DNA of 64,000 nucleotides. Origin: Mageeibacillus sp. Lineage in GTDB: Bacteria; Bacillota; Clostridia; Saccharofermentanales; Saccharofermentanaceae. The notes under the pieces were generated by a model, which saw only the letters and a program-made list of their open reading frames with translations, searched no databases and was not told the origin of the DNA. Shown piece after piece: positions 36,328-47,664 of the stretch. The position numbers and the translations under genes are program-made. The stretch's first letter is position 1. Every line of letters starts with the position of its first letter. The stretch spans positions 73,635-137,634 of the forward strand of contig JAKVLB010000002.1 in assembly GCA_022484595.1 (NCBI GenBank), in the 5' to 3' direction.

Positions 36328-38895
36328 TCACATGCATTTGAGGCACAATCTCATAATGTCCATTACACATTTCTGAAGATCCGCCAGCAGCAGCCTGTCA
36401 TCTCTTATCGCCGTGATAATGTCCTCTTCATTGGCGGCTGAGCCCGGCATCTGCCAGTCACAGCCCGCATAGATACAACGTCTGCTTGATGCCGGCGGAT
36501 ATTTGAAGACCTTATTGTAACCGAGAAAACCGACTTCTTCAAATGATGAATACCAGTCTGTCATAACAGCGCCTTCATATCCCCACTCATCCCTTAATAC
36601 ATTCTGAAGAAGTTCATAGGAATTACATGTATGGATGCCGTTAAGAAGGTTATATGATGCCATGACCGCCATAGGAGAAGACTCTCTCACGGCAATCTCA
36701 AATCCCCTTAAATAAAGGTCTCTCAATGTGCGCTCTTTTACGTGTGAGTTTGAGAACATTCTGTTGTCTTCCTGATTGTTGCAGCAGAAGTGTTTAATCG
36801 TCGTTCCGCGGCCTTCCACAGACTGGACTCCCAGAGTATCCGCCGCTGCGCACCTGCCGGTAAGAAGAGGATCCTCAGAATAATACTCGTAATTGCGTCC
36901 GCACAGGGGGTTCCGGTGAATATTCATTCCGGGAGCAAGCCAGAGATTTACTCCGAATGTCTCCATTTCTTCACCGACCATAGTGCCGATTTCTCTGATA
37001 AGCACGGTATTCCAGCTCTGTGCGAGAGCCGTTGCAATCGGTATTGCCGTACAGTACTGGTAATAATCGACAGCATCGGCAGGTGTGTCTTCAGGGAAAG
37101 GATTGGCCACAAGCCCGAAAACCTCGCCTCCGGGCAGAAGCTCATCTTGCGTGGTTGCCTTGAAATGAGGCTGGAGTCTGAGACCGGCGGGACCATCCGC
37201 CATCACGACCGGCTGGATGCTGCGTGATCTGTAAAAATCGGATGTAGTTTCAGAAGCTGCGCCGGGCACGTTCGGAGAAGCCGAAAAGACAATCTCGCTG
37301 TTCTGTCCGTCGGGGTCATATCTTCCGACACAGATATGAGCCATCTCTTCTACGGTAAGCTGCGCAACAAACTGGGACAGACCGCAGCGGCGTCCGATAA
37401 CGCTTCCCAGCGTGAGCTTCTCATCTCTTCTTTCATCTCTCAGCGTCTCGCGGATACCACAGTATCTTACAGAGTCGGTAACAACAGAATGTGAATTCAG
37501 TTCATACGAAGGAACCTTCAGCTTCTCTGCCGCGTCTTTCTCCGCATGATTCTGCGCCCCTGTGCCCGGATTGGTAAGTTCTTCAAAATCGTATTGTCCC
37601 TCATCTTCAAACAGTCTTGAAAGGTTCTGCGTCACTATCAGGTCCTTAACCTTAATCACCGCCGCTACAATGGTATCAACACAATCTTTACCGATTCTGA
37701 CAATGTACTCTCCGGGTTCGAGAACTTTCCGGCCGCTGCTCTTTTCGAACACGGCAAGATCTGACATTCTGAACGAGAGTTTAATTGTCTGAGTCTGTCC
37801 GGGATTAAGCGTGTCGGTCTTGGCAAACGCCGCCAGATCCTGGAACGGCTTGTCGAGCGAGCCCTCAGGAGATGACACATACGCCTGAACAACCTGTTTG
37901 CCGGCATATTCGGATCCGGTGTTGTATACGACAAGCTTCGCACTGAACACCTCACCGTCAAGGGCGGTCTCCGCCACTGCGATATCAAAATCAGTGTAGG
38001 ATTTTCCGTATCCGAACGGGTATGCGGGCTCAACTCCGAAAGAGTCGAAATATCTGTATCCCACATACATTCCTTCCTTATAAAACTCATCATCAGTGTT
38101 TCCGTTGTTGCTTGAGAAATCATCCTTGCCCGGATAGTCATCATAGGCCTTTGCCCATGTGTCAGTAAGTCTCCCGCAGGGATCCGAGATGCCGGTTATA
38201 ACATCCGCAACGACATGTCCTCCGACATTGCCGAGCTGCGACACAACAAGAATAGAGTTGACATTCTGTGATTTAAGAAAAGCTGTGTCAATGACACCGC
38301 CGCCGTTTATTATGACAACGACCTTTGCATAGCGTCTGCGAATAAGGCTGATATTGTATTCTTCATCATCAGTCAGATAGTAATCACCCTTTGACGCCGT
38401 CCTGTCTTTGCCTTCTCCCGAAGCCCTTGCTATCACATAAATCGCTGTGTCGGTACCGGAAGCTGTAATATCTTCTTCCGTAATTCTCGGCATATCAGGC
38501 GTGCCGAATACAATTTCAAAATAAGCATTGGCAAGGGATGTGCTGCTTTCTTCGGCATACTTTCTGACACGTGCCTTGTAATCCGCAAGATTAATCTCAT
38601 TCTGTGCGTCATAACGGTCGAGCCAGTCGTTTGTAGTTATCTCGAACCCTGCGGAGATAAGACCTTCCGATATGGGGATCACAAACCTTGAGTTAACATC
38701 TCCGGAACCGGTTCCGCCCTTGATTGTCTGTCTCGCGCCGTTGCCGTAGAGAGCAAGTCTTCCGCATTCCTTTATCGGCAGAGTACCGTCATTCTCGAGA
38801 ACAACTATACATTCTGACGCCAGACGGCGAACAAGATTCATGTGTTCAATCTCGCCGCGTGTCATCTCATCTGTCTTAAGCGCACTGAAAGCCAT
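36328..38895 (-). CDS. GH3 beta-glucosidase, domain-permuted (C-domain first) type
   Basis: N-terminal ECIVVLENDGTLP/GGTGSG domain, Fn3-like region, then the barrel with DGPAGLR, RNPLCGRNYEYYSEDP, KHF and nucleophile VMTDW. Start set by the GGAGG SD. Confidence 0.93.
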   Translation of the reverse strand: MAFSALKTDEMTRGEIEHMNLVRRLASECIVVLENDGTLPIKECGRLALYGNGARQTIKGGTGSGDVNSRFVIPISEGLISAGFEITTNDWLDRYDAQNEINLADYKARVRKYAEESSTSLANAYFEIVFGTPDMPRITEEDITASGTDTAIYVIARASGEGKDRTASKGDYYLTDDEEYNISLIRRRYAKVVVIINGGGVIDTAFLKSQNVNSILVVSQLGNVGGHVVADVITGISDPCGRLTDTWAKAYDDYPGKDDFSSNNGNTDDEFYKEGMYVGYRYFDSFGVEPAYPFGYGKSYTDFDIAVAETALDGEVFSAKLVVYNTGSEYAGKQVVQAYVSSPEGSLDKPFQDLAAFAKTDTLNPGQTQTIKLSFRMSDLAVFEKSSGRKVLEPGEYIVRIGKDCVDTIVAAVIKVKDLIVTQNLSRLFEDEGQYDFEELTNPGTGAQNHAEKDAAEKLKVPSYELNSHSVVTDSVRYCGIRETLRDERRDEKLTLGSVIGRRCGLSQFVAQLTVEEMAHICVGRYDPDGQNSEIVFSASPNVPGAASETTSDFYRSRSIQPVVMADGPAGLRLQPHFKATTQDELLPGGEVFGLVANPFPEDTPADAVDYYQYCTAIPIATALAQSWNTVLIREIGTMVGEEMETFGVNLWLAPGMNIHRNPLCGRNYEYYSEDPLLTGRCAAADTLGVQSVEGRGTTIKHFCCNNQEDNRMFSNSHVKERTLRDLYLRGFEIAVRESSPMAVMASYNLLNGIHTCNSYELLQNVLRDEWGYEGAVMTDWYSSFEEVGFLGYNKVFKYPPASSRRCIYAGCDWQMPGSAANEEDIITAIRDDRLLLADLQKCVMDIMRLCLKCM

Positions 38896-39060
38896 AGCAA
38901 GCATCCTCCGCAATTTTTAGCTTTATAATAAATCATAATTGCCGTAAAATGTTCTAAAAGTTTGTGAATCATGGTGTATTTGCTTTATATTTTTTTGAGT
39001 GTAATATATCCTTTATTTATTTGATCCGGCTGCGGTCATTCATAGGAGGTCAGCGTAATT

Positions 39061-39813
39061 ATGAATATCGAGAAAGAACTGGCTAAGAGACTTATTAACG
39101 ATGGCGAGAGCGTCAATCGTCAGGAATCATACAGCCGTGAGATTAATTTCTATGAACTTGTGGCAAGCGGCAGAACCGCCAGCCTTGAGGATAATCTTAA
39201 GGACTTCGGCAACGTCCAGAAGCTCGGCAAACTCAGCAGCAATGAGCTCCAGAACGTTAAGTATCACGCCGTTATTCTCGCCGCGATGGTAAGCCGTTTC
39301 TGCATTGAGTCCGGAATGGAAATCTCCGTCGCATATACGCTCAGCGACATTTATATTGAGCTCATAGACGTCGCCACTTCCATAAATGAAGTAAACGATC
39401 TGCAGAAGGATCTGCTTCGCGCATACTGCCAGCGGATGAACGAACAGGCAAAGAGCAAGGTTGTATCACGCCACATAGTCATGACAATTGACTATATAAG
39501 GTCTCATATCCAGGAGAGCCTCACTGTTGAATCAATTGCTGATTCGCTCTCACTTAATTCAAGTTATCTGTCGAAGCTGTTCAAGCAGGAGATGGGCATA
39601 ACACTCAGCCGTTACATCCGCAACCAGAAGATTGACGTTGCATGCAGTATGCTTCGCCACCTCGATGAATCATCTCTGTCGATTGCCAATTATCTCGGTT
39701 TCTCGTCTCAGTCGCATTTTATCCAGGTCTTCAAGAAAACAATGGGAATAACACCTGAGGATTACCGCAGGAAGAATTATCATCAGAGCTGGATGAAGGG
39801 CGAGAACAACTGA
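39061..39813 (+). CDS. AraC family transcriptional regulator
   Basis: C-terminal double HTH (YLSKLFKQEMG...GFSSQSHFIQVFKK.MG.TP..YR). Divergent from the GH3 gene. Confidence 0.93.
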   Translation: MNIEKELAKRLINDGESVNRQESYSREINFYELVASGRTASLEDNLKDFGNVQKLGKLSSNELQNVKYHAVILAAMVSRFCIESGMEISVAYTLSDIYIELIDVATSINEVNDLQKDLLRAYCQRMNEQAKSKVVSRHIVMTIDYIRSHIQESLTVESIADSLSLNSSYLSKLFKQEMGITLSRYIRNQKIDVACSMLRHLDESSLSIANYLGFSSQSHFIQVFKKTMGITPEDYRRKNYHQSWMKGENN

Positions 39814-39816
39814 TTG

Positions 39817-42800
39817 TCATTCTATGCTTTTGAGCGATTCAGCCATATCTATACGGTCGATCCTGCGGTGCATCGCCATGTCTGCGATCGCAGAGAATAA
39901 AAGCACCAGAACCAGAGCGTAGGCGAAGCTCTGAGGTGATATTCTTACATCATATATAACCATATCCATCTCGATCTGCGACATGACGAAGCGATGCAGA
40001 GCGAAGCCCAGCGGAATTCCCGTAAGATATCCCAAGAGCACGAGAATCACGTTTTCGCGGAACACATATGAGCCGGTCTCCTTGCGATAGAATCCCATCA
40101 CTTTGAGTGTCGCGATTTCTCTTATTCTCTCGGTTATATTTATGTTATTAAGATTGAACAGCACAATGAATGCAAGTGCCGCCGCGCAAGAGACTACAAG
40201 TATAATCACATAATTCATCTTCTCCATGGTGGCACTGAACGACTCACGTTCATCATTCGTTATAATGCACGACTTAAGATTATAGTTGTTTGTCAGATAC
40301 CGCGCGTAGTCGTAAGGCGACACCGTGGAATCATTCATCATCACAAGAAGATCCGAGGGATCATAACTCTGCCCGAACGCCGCCTCATATGTCGCCGGAG
40401 TCATAAAGCAGTAGTGATAGGTGTAGTTCTTGAATACATACGCCACCCTGAGAACTATCTGTCTTGAATCGTCGCCATAAGTCAGCGTTATGTTGTCTCC
40501 AGCCCTGACGTTGTTCTTCTCGGCCAGTTTGCTTGATATTGCGACCTCACCGTCGGCAGGCCACTTCTCGCTGTCGCCCGTATAGAAGTTCTCAAGCCCG
40601 AAAATTCCCTCAACATCGCTGCCGTCCGCGACATAAATTCCAACGTCCCTTATAAATCCGCCGCCGTCATTATGCGCCGTATCATATTCCGCGACCGCAT
40701 ATCTGAAGTCTTTACCATAGTTATGGTTCGCCTCATTCGCGGCTTCCTTTATCCCTTCGGCATTATAGCTGCCGGCAAATGTGCAGTCGATATCAAACTT
40801 CATTATTCTGTCGTACTGGTTACCAACTACATTGCAGATTGAATCATAAAGTCCGAACGCGGTTATAAGAAGCGCCGTACATCCTGCGATTCCCACTATC
40901 ATCATCATCATTCTCTTCTTGAAACGGAACACATTGCGGGCTGACACCTTGTATAAGAACTTCATTCTCTTCCAGATAAACGTAATTCTCTCAAGAAGTA
41001 TCCGCTTGCCCGCAGCCGGAGTCTTTGGCCTTATCAGCTCTGCCGGCATGCCGTTAAGTTCCGTAACGCACGTTACTACAGTAACTCCGACGGTACAGAC
41101 AAGCGAAATCGCAAATGACATTATAAACATCCACGCCTCATTGGCGAAGCTTATGTCCGCGAACCCGTACATCATAGCGTATACTTCCCATATTACCCAT
41201 GGAAACAGTTTTATTCCTCCTATGTATCCCAAAACACAGCCCAGAACGGAAGCTGCGCCGGAGTAAACCACATACTTCATGATTATGGCAGATTCAGAGA
41301 AACCCAAGGCACGCATTGTTCCTATGTGGCCGCGTTCATCGGCAACCATCCTGCTCATTGTGGTGGAACACACGAGTGCCGCGATTGCGAAAAAGAACAC
41401 AGGAAACACACTCGCGACGCCGTCAACAATTTTCGCGTCGTTGTCGAAACAGACATATCCGACATTCTTGTCGCGTCCGAGCACATAGGTATCAGGCCGT
41501 TCAATGTTGTCCAGCTGCTGACAGCCATAAGCTATATTCATTCTGAAGGCCTCTGATATCTCCGTTTCATATTTGCATACTCCTGCGAAATAATCGTGCC
41601 TGCCGTCATAATAATCCTTAAAGGCACTGTCAACCTTATCCTGCGCACTGTCCAATTCAGCTGCATTCTGATTGTATTCAGCGACACCTGAATTATATGC
41701 ATCAAGTCCTTCGTTATATTGCTCAAGGCCGCTGCTGTACTGTGCAAGACCTGACTCATACGCCGCCTTCGCCGCAGAATACCGTGCGCTGCCGCTGTTA
41801 TACTGCGCGAGAGCATCTTCATATGCAGCCTTTCCGCTGTCGAGTGTTGACTGTGAATCATCAAGAGCGGACTGCTGCGCGGCAAGCTCCTGCTGCCCTG
41901 CCTTTGCCGTATTTAGATTGTCCTCAAGAGACTGAAGCTGAAGCTGAAGCTGCGCAAGATTGGCCTTCATGGCATCTGTATCGGCCGGAAGTGCCGAAGG
42001 GTCAGCATCTGCGGCATCAATTTCAGCACCGAGTTCCGCAATTTTTCCGCTTAAACCCGTAATGGAATCATTCAGCGCGGCAATTGCACCGTCTGTCTGC
42101 GTTCGCGCGGCCTCAAGCTGTGACCTGGCGTCATCTATCGCACTTTGCCCCGAACTTAACTGCGCCGCTGTAGAATCGAGCTGAGCTTTTGCCGCTTCCA
42201 GCTGGCTCTCCGTGGAATCGAGCTGTGACGATGCACTGTCCAAAGTGGCTTTGGTACTTTTAAGCTGATTATCTGTTTCTTCAAGCCTGACCCTTGCAGC
42301 CTCGAGTTCATCTCCGGCATCTTCAAGCTGAGCTCTTCCGTCGTCTATCTGCCGCTGAGAATCCGTAATATCACCATAGGCCGTCTCAAGAGTCTCTCTT
42401 GCGTCCTCAAGTTCACTGTACGCATCCTCCCGCTGTTCATTAAACTCATCTATGCCGTCACTAAGCTCCTGACTGCTGTCATCCATGACCGAATCAAATC
42501 TCACATCGATAATATCCTTGACCGCTGCTTCAAGAATATCCTGCTCCTTTGCCGCCCAATCCTTATACTCATCGGAATATATAAACAGGCCTGTGTTGCA
42601 GTAAACATAGGCTTCCGTGTAATAATCGGCATCAAGGCTGTCCTTCTGAACATACGCATAATAATCTATTGCCCCTGAACCTGCATCTGTCGTCCCACGT
42701 TGAAAATTCATATACATCGGCGACCTTACAAGTCCTACGACAGTAAATTCGTGAGGTCTGACCGTATCAATGCACTCTGCGGTATTCTCCTGAGACAGCG

Positions 42801-43239
42801 TCAGAGTCTTTCCTATCATGCCGGCATCATTCTTGTAACCGTCTATGACTATCTCATCCGGACTCTGCGGCATACGTCCCGCGGTAAGTTCAAGCTGATT
42901 GACTGTTGATGTTATTGTATGAATTCTTACGGTTGAAGATGTGTCGCCGCAAAGCAGTATCGCATCCTGATACACCGCTCCCTCGACGCTCTGTACACCC
43001 TGCACCTTTGATAAAGACTCGATATCATCGTCGTCAAAACCGATTGTTGACAAAAGCTTGAAATCATACAGCCTGTATTCCTCGGTATAACTGTCGGCAG
43101 TCTTATAGAACGACGGTGACGTCATCTTAAGTCCGGCGAAAAATCCCACCCCCAGCGCAATTATCGCAAAAATGGCGAGGAACCTCGGCAGGCTCTCCCT
43201 GATGGTTCTGAATACGGTTTTCCAATATGAAGACATCAC
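39817..43239 (-). CDS. FtsX/MacB-like ABC transporter permease with long coiled-coil ectodomain
   Basis: RFLAIFAIIALGVGFFAGL, MSRMVADERGHIGT.RALG, ERIREIATLKVMG, and heptad repeats at aa ~250-560. Confidence 0.9.
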   Translation of the reverse strand: MMSSYWKTVFRTIRESLPRFLAIFAIIALGVGFFAGLKMTSPSFYKTADSYTEEYRLYDFKLLSTIGFDDDDIESLSKVQGVQSVEGAVYQDAILLCGDTSSTVRIHTITSTVNQLELTAGRMPQSPDEIVIDGYKNDAGMIGKTLTLSQENTAECIDTVRPHEFTVVGLVRSPMYMNFQRGTTDAGSGAIDYYAYVQKDSLDADYYTEAYVYCNTGLFIYSDEYKDWAAKEQDILEAAVKDIIDVRFDSVMDDSSQELSDGIDEFNEQREDAYSELEDARETLETAYGDITDSQRQIDDGRAQLEDAGDELEAARVRLEETDNQLKSTKATLDSASSQLDSTESQLEAAKAQLDSTAAQLSSGQSAIDDARSQLEAARTQTDGAIAALNDSITGLSGKIAELGAEIDAADADPSALPADTDAMKANLAQLQLQLQSLEDNLNTAKAGQQELAAQQSALDDSQSTLDSGKAAYEDALAQYNSGSARYSAAKAAYESGLAQYSSGLEQYNEGLDAYNSGVAEYNQNAAELDSAQDKVDSAFKDYYDGRHDYFAGVCKYETEISEAFRMNIAYGCQQLDNIERPDTYVLGRDKNVGYVCFDNDAKIVDGVASVFPVFFFAIAALVCSTTMSRMVADERGHIGTMRALGFSESAIIMKYVVYSGAASVLGCVLGYIGGIKLFPWVIWEVYAMMYGFADISFANEAWMFIMSFAISLVCTVGVTVVTCVTELNGMPAELIRPKTPAAGKRILLERITFIWKRMKFLYKVSARNVFRFKKRMMMMIVGIAGCTALLITAFGLYDSICNVVGNQYDRIMKFDIDCTFAGSYNAEGIKEAANEANHNYGKDFRYAVAEYDTAHNDGGGFIRDVGIYVADGSDVEGIFGLENFYTGDSEKWPADGEVAISSKLAEKNNVRAGDNITLTYGDDSRQIVLRVAYVFKNYTYHYCFMTPATYEAAFGQSYDPSDLLVMMNDSTVSPYDYARYLTNNYNLKSCIITNDERESFSATMEKMNYVIILVVSCAAALAFIVLFNLNNINITERIREIATLKVMGFYRKETGSYVFRENVILVLLGYLTGIPLGFALHRFVMSQIEMDMVIYDVRISPQSFAYALVLVLLFSAIADMAMHRRIDRIDMAESLKSIE

Positions 43240-43246
43240 GTATCAG

Positions 43247-43948
43247 TCACCATTCAATCTCATCAATGTTTACCGGATTAAGATTGACGAGATTGCTTGT
43301 TACAGTTCCGTTCTTGAGTGTAATAACTCTGTCCGCCATCGCAGTAAGTGCGGAATTGTGCGTAATTATTACGACAGTCATCCCCTTGGTAACACTCAGA
43401 GACTGGAGAAGTTTCAGAATAGACTTTCCGGTCTGATAGTCCAGTGCCCCTGTAGGTTCATCACACAGCAGAAGCTTTGGGTTCTTGGCAATTGCACGCG
43501 CAATGGCAACCCTCTGCTGCTCGCCGCCGGACAGCTGCGCCGGGAAGTTCGACTTGCGGGCAGCAAGCCCCACTTCATTCATAAGCAGATCGCAGTCGAT
43601 AGGATCCTTCACAAGCTGTGCCGCCATCTCGACATTCTCATATGCGGTAAGATTCGGTATCAGATTATAAAACTGAAAAACAAAGCCGACATTCTCACGC
43701 CTGAATCTTGCAAGCTCGCCGGTCTTGAGCTTCGATATCTCGCGCCCTTCAAGATAGATGCTTCCTGATGTCAGCGTATCCATACCGCCAAGGATATTGA
43801 GAAGTGTGGTCTTTCCGGCTCCTGACTGCCCGACAATGACGCACAGCTCGCCTTTCTCGATATACAAATCAAGACCGTCAAGCGCACGCAGGTCGATAGA
43901 ACCGGTCTTATATACCTTGCTGACATCTCGAAATTCAATATATGGCAT
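43247..43948 (-). CDS. ABC transporter ATP-binding protein (LolD/MacB-like)
   Basis: [23 protein letters not shown] and CDEPTGALD. Confidence 0.95.
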   Translation of the reverse strand: MPYIEFRDVSKVYKTGSIDLRALDGLDLYIEKGELCVIVGQSGAGKTTLLNILGGMDTLTSGSIYLEGREISKLKTGELARFRRENVGFVFQFYNLIPNLTAYENVEMAAQLVKDPIDCDLLMNEVGLAARKSNFPAQLSGGEQQRVAIARAIAKNPKLLLCDEPTGALDYQTGKSILKLLQSLSVTKGMTVVIITHNSALTAMADRVITLKNGTVTSNLVNLNPVNIDEIEW

Positions 43949-43959
43949 AAAGTGTGTCC

Positions 43960-45471
43960 TTATCTTTGCTCTATGTGCATCGGTTCTATGTCATAGTTAC
44001 TGTCAAAGCCATCCAGTGAAGACGGAACGCTGATATATAGCCTCGGGCAATCGTCAAATGCCCATTGTCCCAAATCAGTTACAGAATCAGGAACTCTGAC
44101 ATAAGCCAGTTCGTCGCAATAGTCGAAAGCCTGCTTGGAAATTGTCGTGAGACCTTCGGGGAGATAGACATATTCCAGATCCTCACAGGTATTAAACGCC
44201 GAATTATCAATCTCTGTTACAGTATCCGGTATCACCACGCTTGTAATAAGGTCGCAGTCAGAAAAGCATTCCTCTCCTATTGCGGTTATATCTGAATCTG
44301 ACGCAAAAACGACCTTGGAAAAGCCGTTGCAGCCATAAGGCAGTTTTATCTCGCCTCTGCCGTGTATCGTCAGCGTGCCGTCCATGGATATGTCGTAAGT
44401 GGCATAATCTCCGCACGAACCGCTCTCTTCAATGCCGTGCACAGTATCGGCATCACAGATTTTATGGTCATAGCTGAAAGCCTCCAGCGGAAGCAGATAG
44501 TAATTGTACCCCGGAGTGGAATATTCTACATGTCCGCTGTCCCAGCTGTCGCCCTCATAGTAGCTTCCTATGTCAAATGTAGGATCTACGAAAAACCATT
44601 TGTTTCCAAGACAAACCGCCGCCCACGCATGATCCGGCGACTCGTTGGTCTCAATAGACTCGTCTGTAATCTCATCATAGTCAACCATACCGATTCCGAA
44701 CTCCACGGTTGCAGGTATGCCCTGAGCTCTGCAAAGTGCCGTGAAAACATTCCCGAAGCCCTCACAGATTGCTACGCCGCGCCTGAGCAGGCACACGCAG
44801 CCGTCCTGATATACCACGGAAGAATCAGAAACCTGAACATCATCATAACTCATAACCCGGGTAATATAGGTGTATATCTTGAATACCTTGTTCCAGTCAT
44901 CAGTCGCACCTTCACATATTTCATCTGAGTACGACTTCAAAATCGGGCTGTCACACTCAATATCGTTCTGAGGCATAAGGTCTTCCTTAAGTGACTCGCC
45001 GTCGGTCAAAAGTTCGGAACATCTGTCAACGTTGAAATCATAAACCAGCGACTTGTAAAAATTGAGTTTTCCGTCTTCCATAAAGACGTAATTATTCGCC
45101 GAGTCAAAATCGGTTCCGTCTAAAGTATACCGGACGCTGACATAATACAGGGTATCCTCTTCGGCATAATCCGCAAAATCAGCCGAAGTCTCACCATCTT
45201 CAAGACTGATTTCCTTGACTCTGGAGTAACTGACGGCATCCTTGAGCGTCACGGTGAAATCCGACACGGCATCGCTTACAACTGTAAAACAGGACCCGTC
45301 CACTCCAACAGTGATTGTATCACCCTTATAAGTTACAAGCTGATACGATGTGAAGTCGGCAGCTTCGAGATTACTCCCTGATGCACTTACTTTACTGCCG
45401 CCCGGCACGACAAAAACGACACATATCACAACACTCAGTAGCAAGGCTGCAACTCTTCGTCTTTGAGTCAT
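43960..45471 (-). CDS. Secreted transglutaminase-like protein with C-terminal BspA-type leucine-rich repeats
   Basis: Signal peptide, Cys-His-Asp triad (GVAICEGF, DHAW, FVDPT), and repeats of IPD.VT.I...AF..C..L. Start at MTQRRR. Confidence 0.85.
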   Translation of the reverse strand: MTQRRRVAALLLSVVICVVFVVPGGSKVSASGSNLEAADFTSYQLVTYKGDTITVGVDGSCFTVVSDAVSDFTVTLKDAVSYSRVKEISLEDGETSADFADYAEEDTLYYVSVRYTLDGTDFDSANNYVFMEDGKLNFYKSLVYDFNVDRCSELLTDGESLKEDLMPQNDIECDSPILKSYSDEICEGATDDWNKVFKIYTYITRVMSYDDVQVSDSSVVYQDGCVCLLRRGVAICEGFGNVFTALCRAQGIPATVEFGIGMVDYDEITDESIETNESPDHAWAAVCLGNKWFFVDPTFDIGSYYEGDSWDSGHVEYSTPGYNYYLLPLEAFSYDHKICDADTVHGIEESGSCGDYATYDISMDGTLTIHGRGEIKLPYGCNGFSKVVFASDSDITAIGEECFSDCDLITSVVIPDTVTEIDNSAFNTCEDLEYVYLPEGLTTISKQAFDYCDELAYVRVPDSVTDLGQWAFDDCPRLYISVPSSLDGFDSNYDIEPMHIEQR

Positions 45472-45475
45472 AATG

Positions 45476-47170
45476 TCATATCTCCTTCGCTGCAGCAACA
45501 GCTTCACTCGCCGTAAGCTCTCTGCTGTCAGCCTCGTCTCTTGCCTTAACTTCAACAATACCTTCGCCGGCGCGTCTTCCGACAGTAATTCTCAGCGGTA
45601 TTCCGATGAGATCACAGTCCTTGAACTTTACACCCGGGCGCTCATTGCGATCGTCAATTAATACGTCTATTCCGCTCTCCTCGAGTTCCGCATAAATCTT
45701 CTCTGCCAGAGCCATATTTACTTCATCATTAACCTTCGTGGGAATTACAATAACCTTATAAGGCGCTACCTCCGCCGGCCAGATGATTCCGTTATCGTCG
45801 TGATGCTGTTCTATGATTGCCGCAAGCGTTCTGCCGACACCGATACCGTAGCATCCCATGACCATATAATTCTCTTTGCCGTCCTTATCGAGATAGACGC
45901 AGTTCAAAGCCTTTGAATACTTTGTTCCCAGCTTGAAAATATGTCCTACTTCAACTCCTCTTGCCATCGTGAGTCTTCCCTCACCGCATTTGGGGCAGAT
46001 ATCACCTTCAACTGCATTTCTGACATCCGCAATCTTAGTCGCCGCAAAATCCCTTCCGATATTGACATTCCTGAAATGGCGATCAGTCTCGCATGCGCCG
46101 ACAATAAAGTTCCTCATTGAAGCGACTTCTTTATCGACTACAATGTCTATCTTCTGTTTGAGACCCACAGGACCCGCGAAACCGACAGCTGCCCCGGTTA
46201 TATCTTCAACATCGGCGAACGAAGCAAGCTCAAGCTCGACCGCCTCATAGAGATTGCCGAGCTTTGTCTCGTTAATCTCACGGTCGCCTCTGCACATAAC
46301 GGCAACAAACCTGCCGTCAATATTATAGATTATCGTCTTTACAAATGCTGTCGCGTCACACTTCATATATCCGATAAGGTCATCAATCGTCCTGACATCA
46401 GGCGTGTCAATCTTCTCCATCGGCTTCATCTCGGAATTGTCCGCACCGGTTGTGACACATCCGGCCTTCTCTTCATTTGCTGCATATCCGCATTTATCGC
46501 AGAAACAGATACCGTCTTCTCCGACTTCGCTCTTCACCATAAATTCCTGTGAACCCGAACCGCCCATGGCACCGGTATCCGCATCTACTATTGTATAGTC
46601 GAGACCGAGTCTGTCGAAAATCCGTCTGTAAGCTTTGTACATCTTCTGGTAGGAAACGCCGAGTCCCTCTTCGTCGCAGTCAAATGAATACGCATCCTTC
46701 ATCACAAACTCACGTGACCTCATGATTCCGAATCTCGGCCTCTTCTCATCTCTGTATTTGTGCTGAATCTGATAAAGAGTGACAGGGAGCTGCTTGTAAG
46801 ATCTGACAGTATCTCTCACAACCTCGGTAAACGGTTCTTCATGAGTCGGTCCGAGACAGAAAGTTCTGCCGTTACGGTCAGTCATTCTGAACATCTCAGG
46901 CCCGAATTTCTCCCATCTTCCGGAACCCTGGTATGCTTCAGCCGGAAGCAGCGCCGGCATGATAAGCTCCTGTGCGCCGGCTTCCTCCATCTCTTCCCTT
47001 ATGACAGATTCTACCTTGCGGTATGTGCGGTATCCTAAAGGCATGAATGAATATATACCGGATGCGGCTTTGCGAATCAGTCCCGCACGAAGCATCAGCT
47101 GATGTGAAGGAATCTCGGCATCTGCCGGAATCTCGCGTTGTGTAGCCATGAACATGTTAGAAAATCTCAT
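45476..47170 (-). CDS. proS: Prolyl-tRNA synthetase (bacterial type with INS editing domain)
   Basis: [45 protein letters not shown]-like motif ([11 protein letters not shown]) and MGCYGIG. Confidence 0.98.
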   Translation of the reverse strand: MRFSNMFMATQREIPADAEIPSHQLMLRAGLIRKAASGIYSFMPLGYRTYRKVESVIREEMEEAGAQELIMPALLPAEAYQGSGRWEKFGPEMFRMTDRNGRTFCLGPTHEEPFTEVVRDTVRSYKQLPVTLYQIQHKYRDEKRPRFGIMRSREFVMKDAYSFDCDEEGLGVSYQKMYKAYRRIFDRLGLDYTIVDADTGAMGGSGSQEFMVKSEVGEDGICFCDKCGYAANEEKAGCVTTGADNSEMKPMEKIDTPDVRTIDDLIGYMKCDATAFVKTIIYNIDGRFVAVMCRGDREINETKLGNLYEAVELELASFADVEDITGAAVGFAGPVGLKQKIDIVVDKEVASMRNFIVGACETDRHFRNVNIGRDFAATKIADVRNAVEGDICPKCGEGRLTMARGVEVGHIFKLGTKYSKALNCVYLDKDGKENYMVMGCYGIGVGRTLAAIIEQHHDDNGIIWPAEVAPYKVIVIPTKVNDEVNMALAEKIYAELEESGIDVLIDDRNERPGVKFKDCDLIGIPLRITVGRRAGEGIVEVKARDEADSRELTASEAVAAAKEI

Positions 47171-47243
47171 ATTATTACTGCTCCTAAAATAAATAATATA
47201 TATATACAGGTAGCAGTATAAAGTAACGGGCGCCTATTTGCAA

Positions 47244-47432
47244 TTACAAACCTAATATGCCGATTATGAAATATACATCGAGCACGCCGCAGATTACGAG
47301 CAGAACCGCACAGATAACATATATGCGGTTTCTTCGCCTCTCGACGTCGTATTCAGTTGTGCCATAAACAGCTTTCTTATGCGGTTTGCCAACACGACCG
47401 AGCGCCATTCCCGATGTCCCCCTTGATAACAC
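47244..47432 (-). CDS. Small basic protein with C-terminal TM helix
   Basis: 62-aa ORF with a basic N-terminus and one hydrophobic helix, upstream of proS. Start is uncertain. Confidence 0.55.
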   Translation of the reverse strand: MLSRGTSGMALGRVGKPHKKAVYGTTEYDVERRRNRIYVICAVLLVICGVLDVYFIIGILGL

Positions 47433-47664
47433 AAATCATCCAAACGAAATACTGATTGCTCCTTGGATGTACTCTAGATTATAGACGGTTGCAATGTGTC
47501 ATGCTTTGCTATCTCGTGACAATTATCTGACAAAAACCGTTTTTGACTTTACATATTTTTGATTTTGTTGTATCCGCAAAACGTTGATATTTGCCCATAA
47601 TCCGACTGTGGTATAATATGATCAAGTTTTATGGCCTTATGATTACGGCTGCGCGGAGGACTAC

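Noticed and set aside
41650-42450. Repetitive region in the large ABC permease
   Set aside because: These are protein-level heptad/QYxSG repeats of a coiled-coil ectodomain, common in this permease family, not a DNA repeat element.
47171-47243. T-box upstream of proS
   Set aside because: No GGUGGNACC T-box sequence and too little space.
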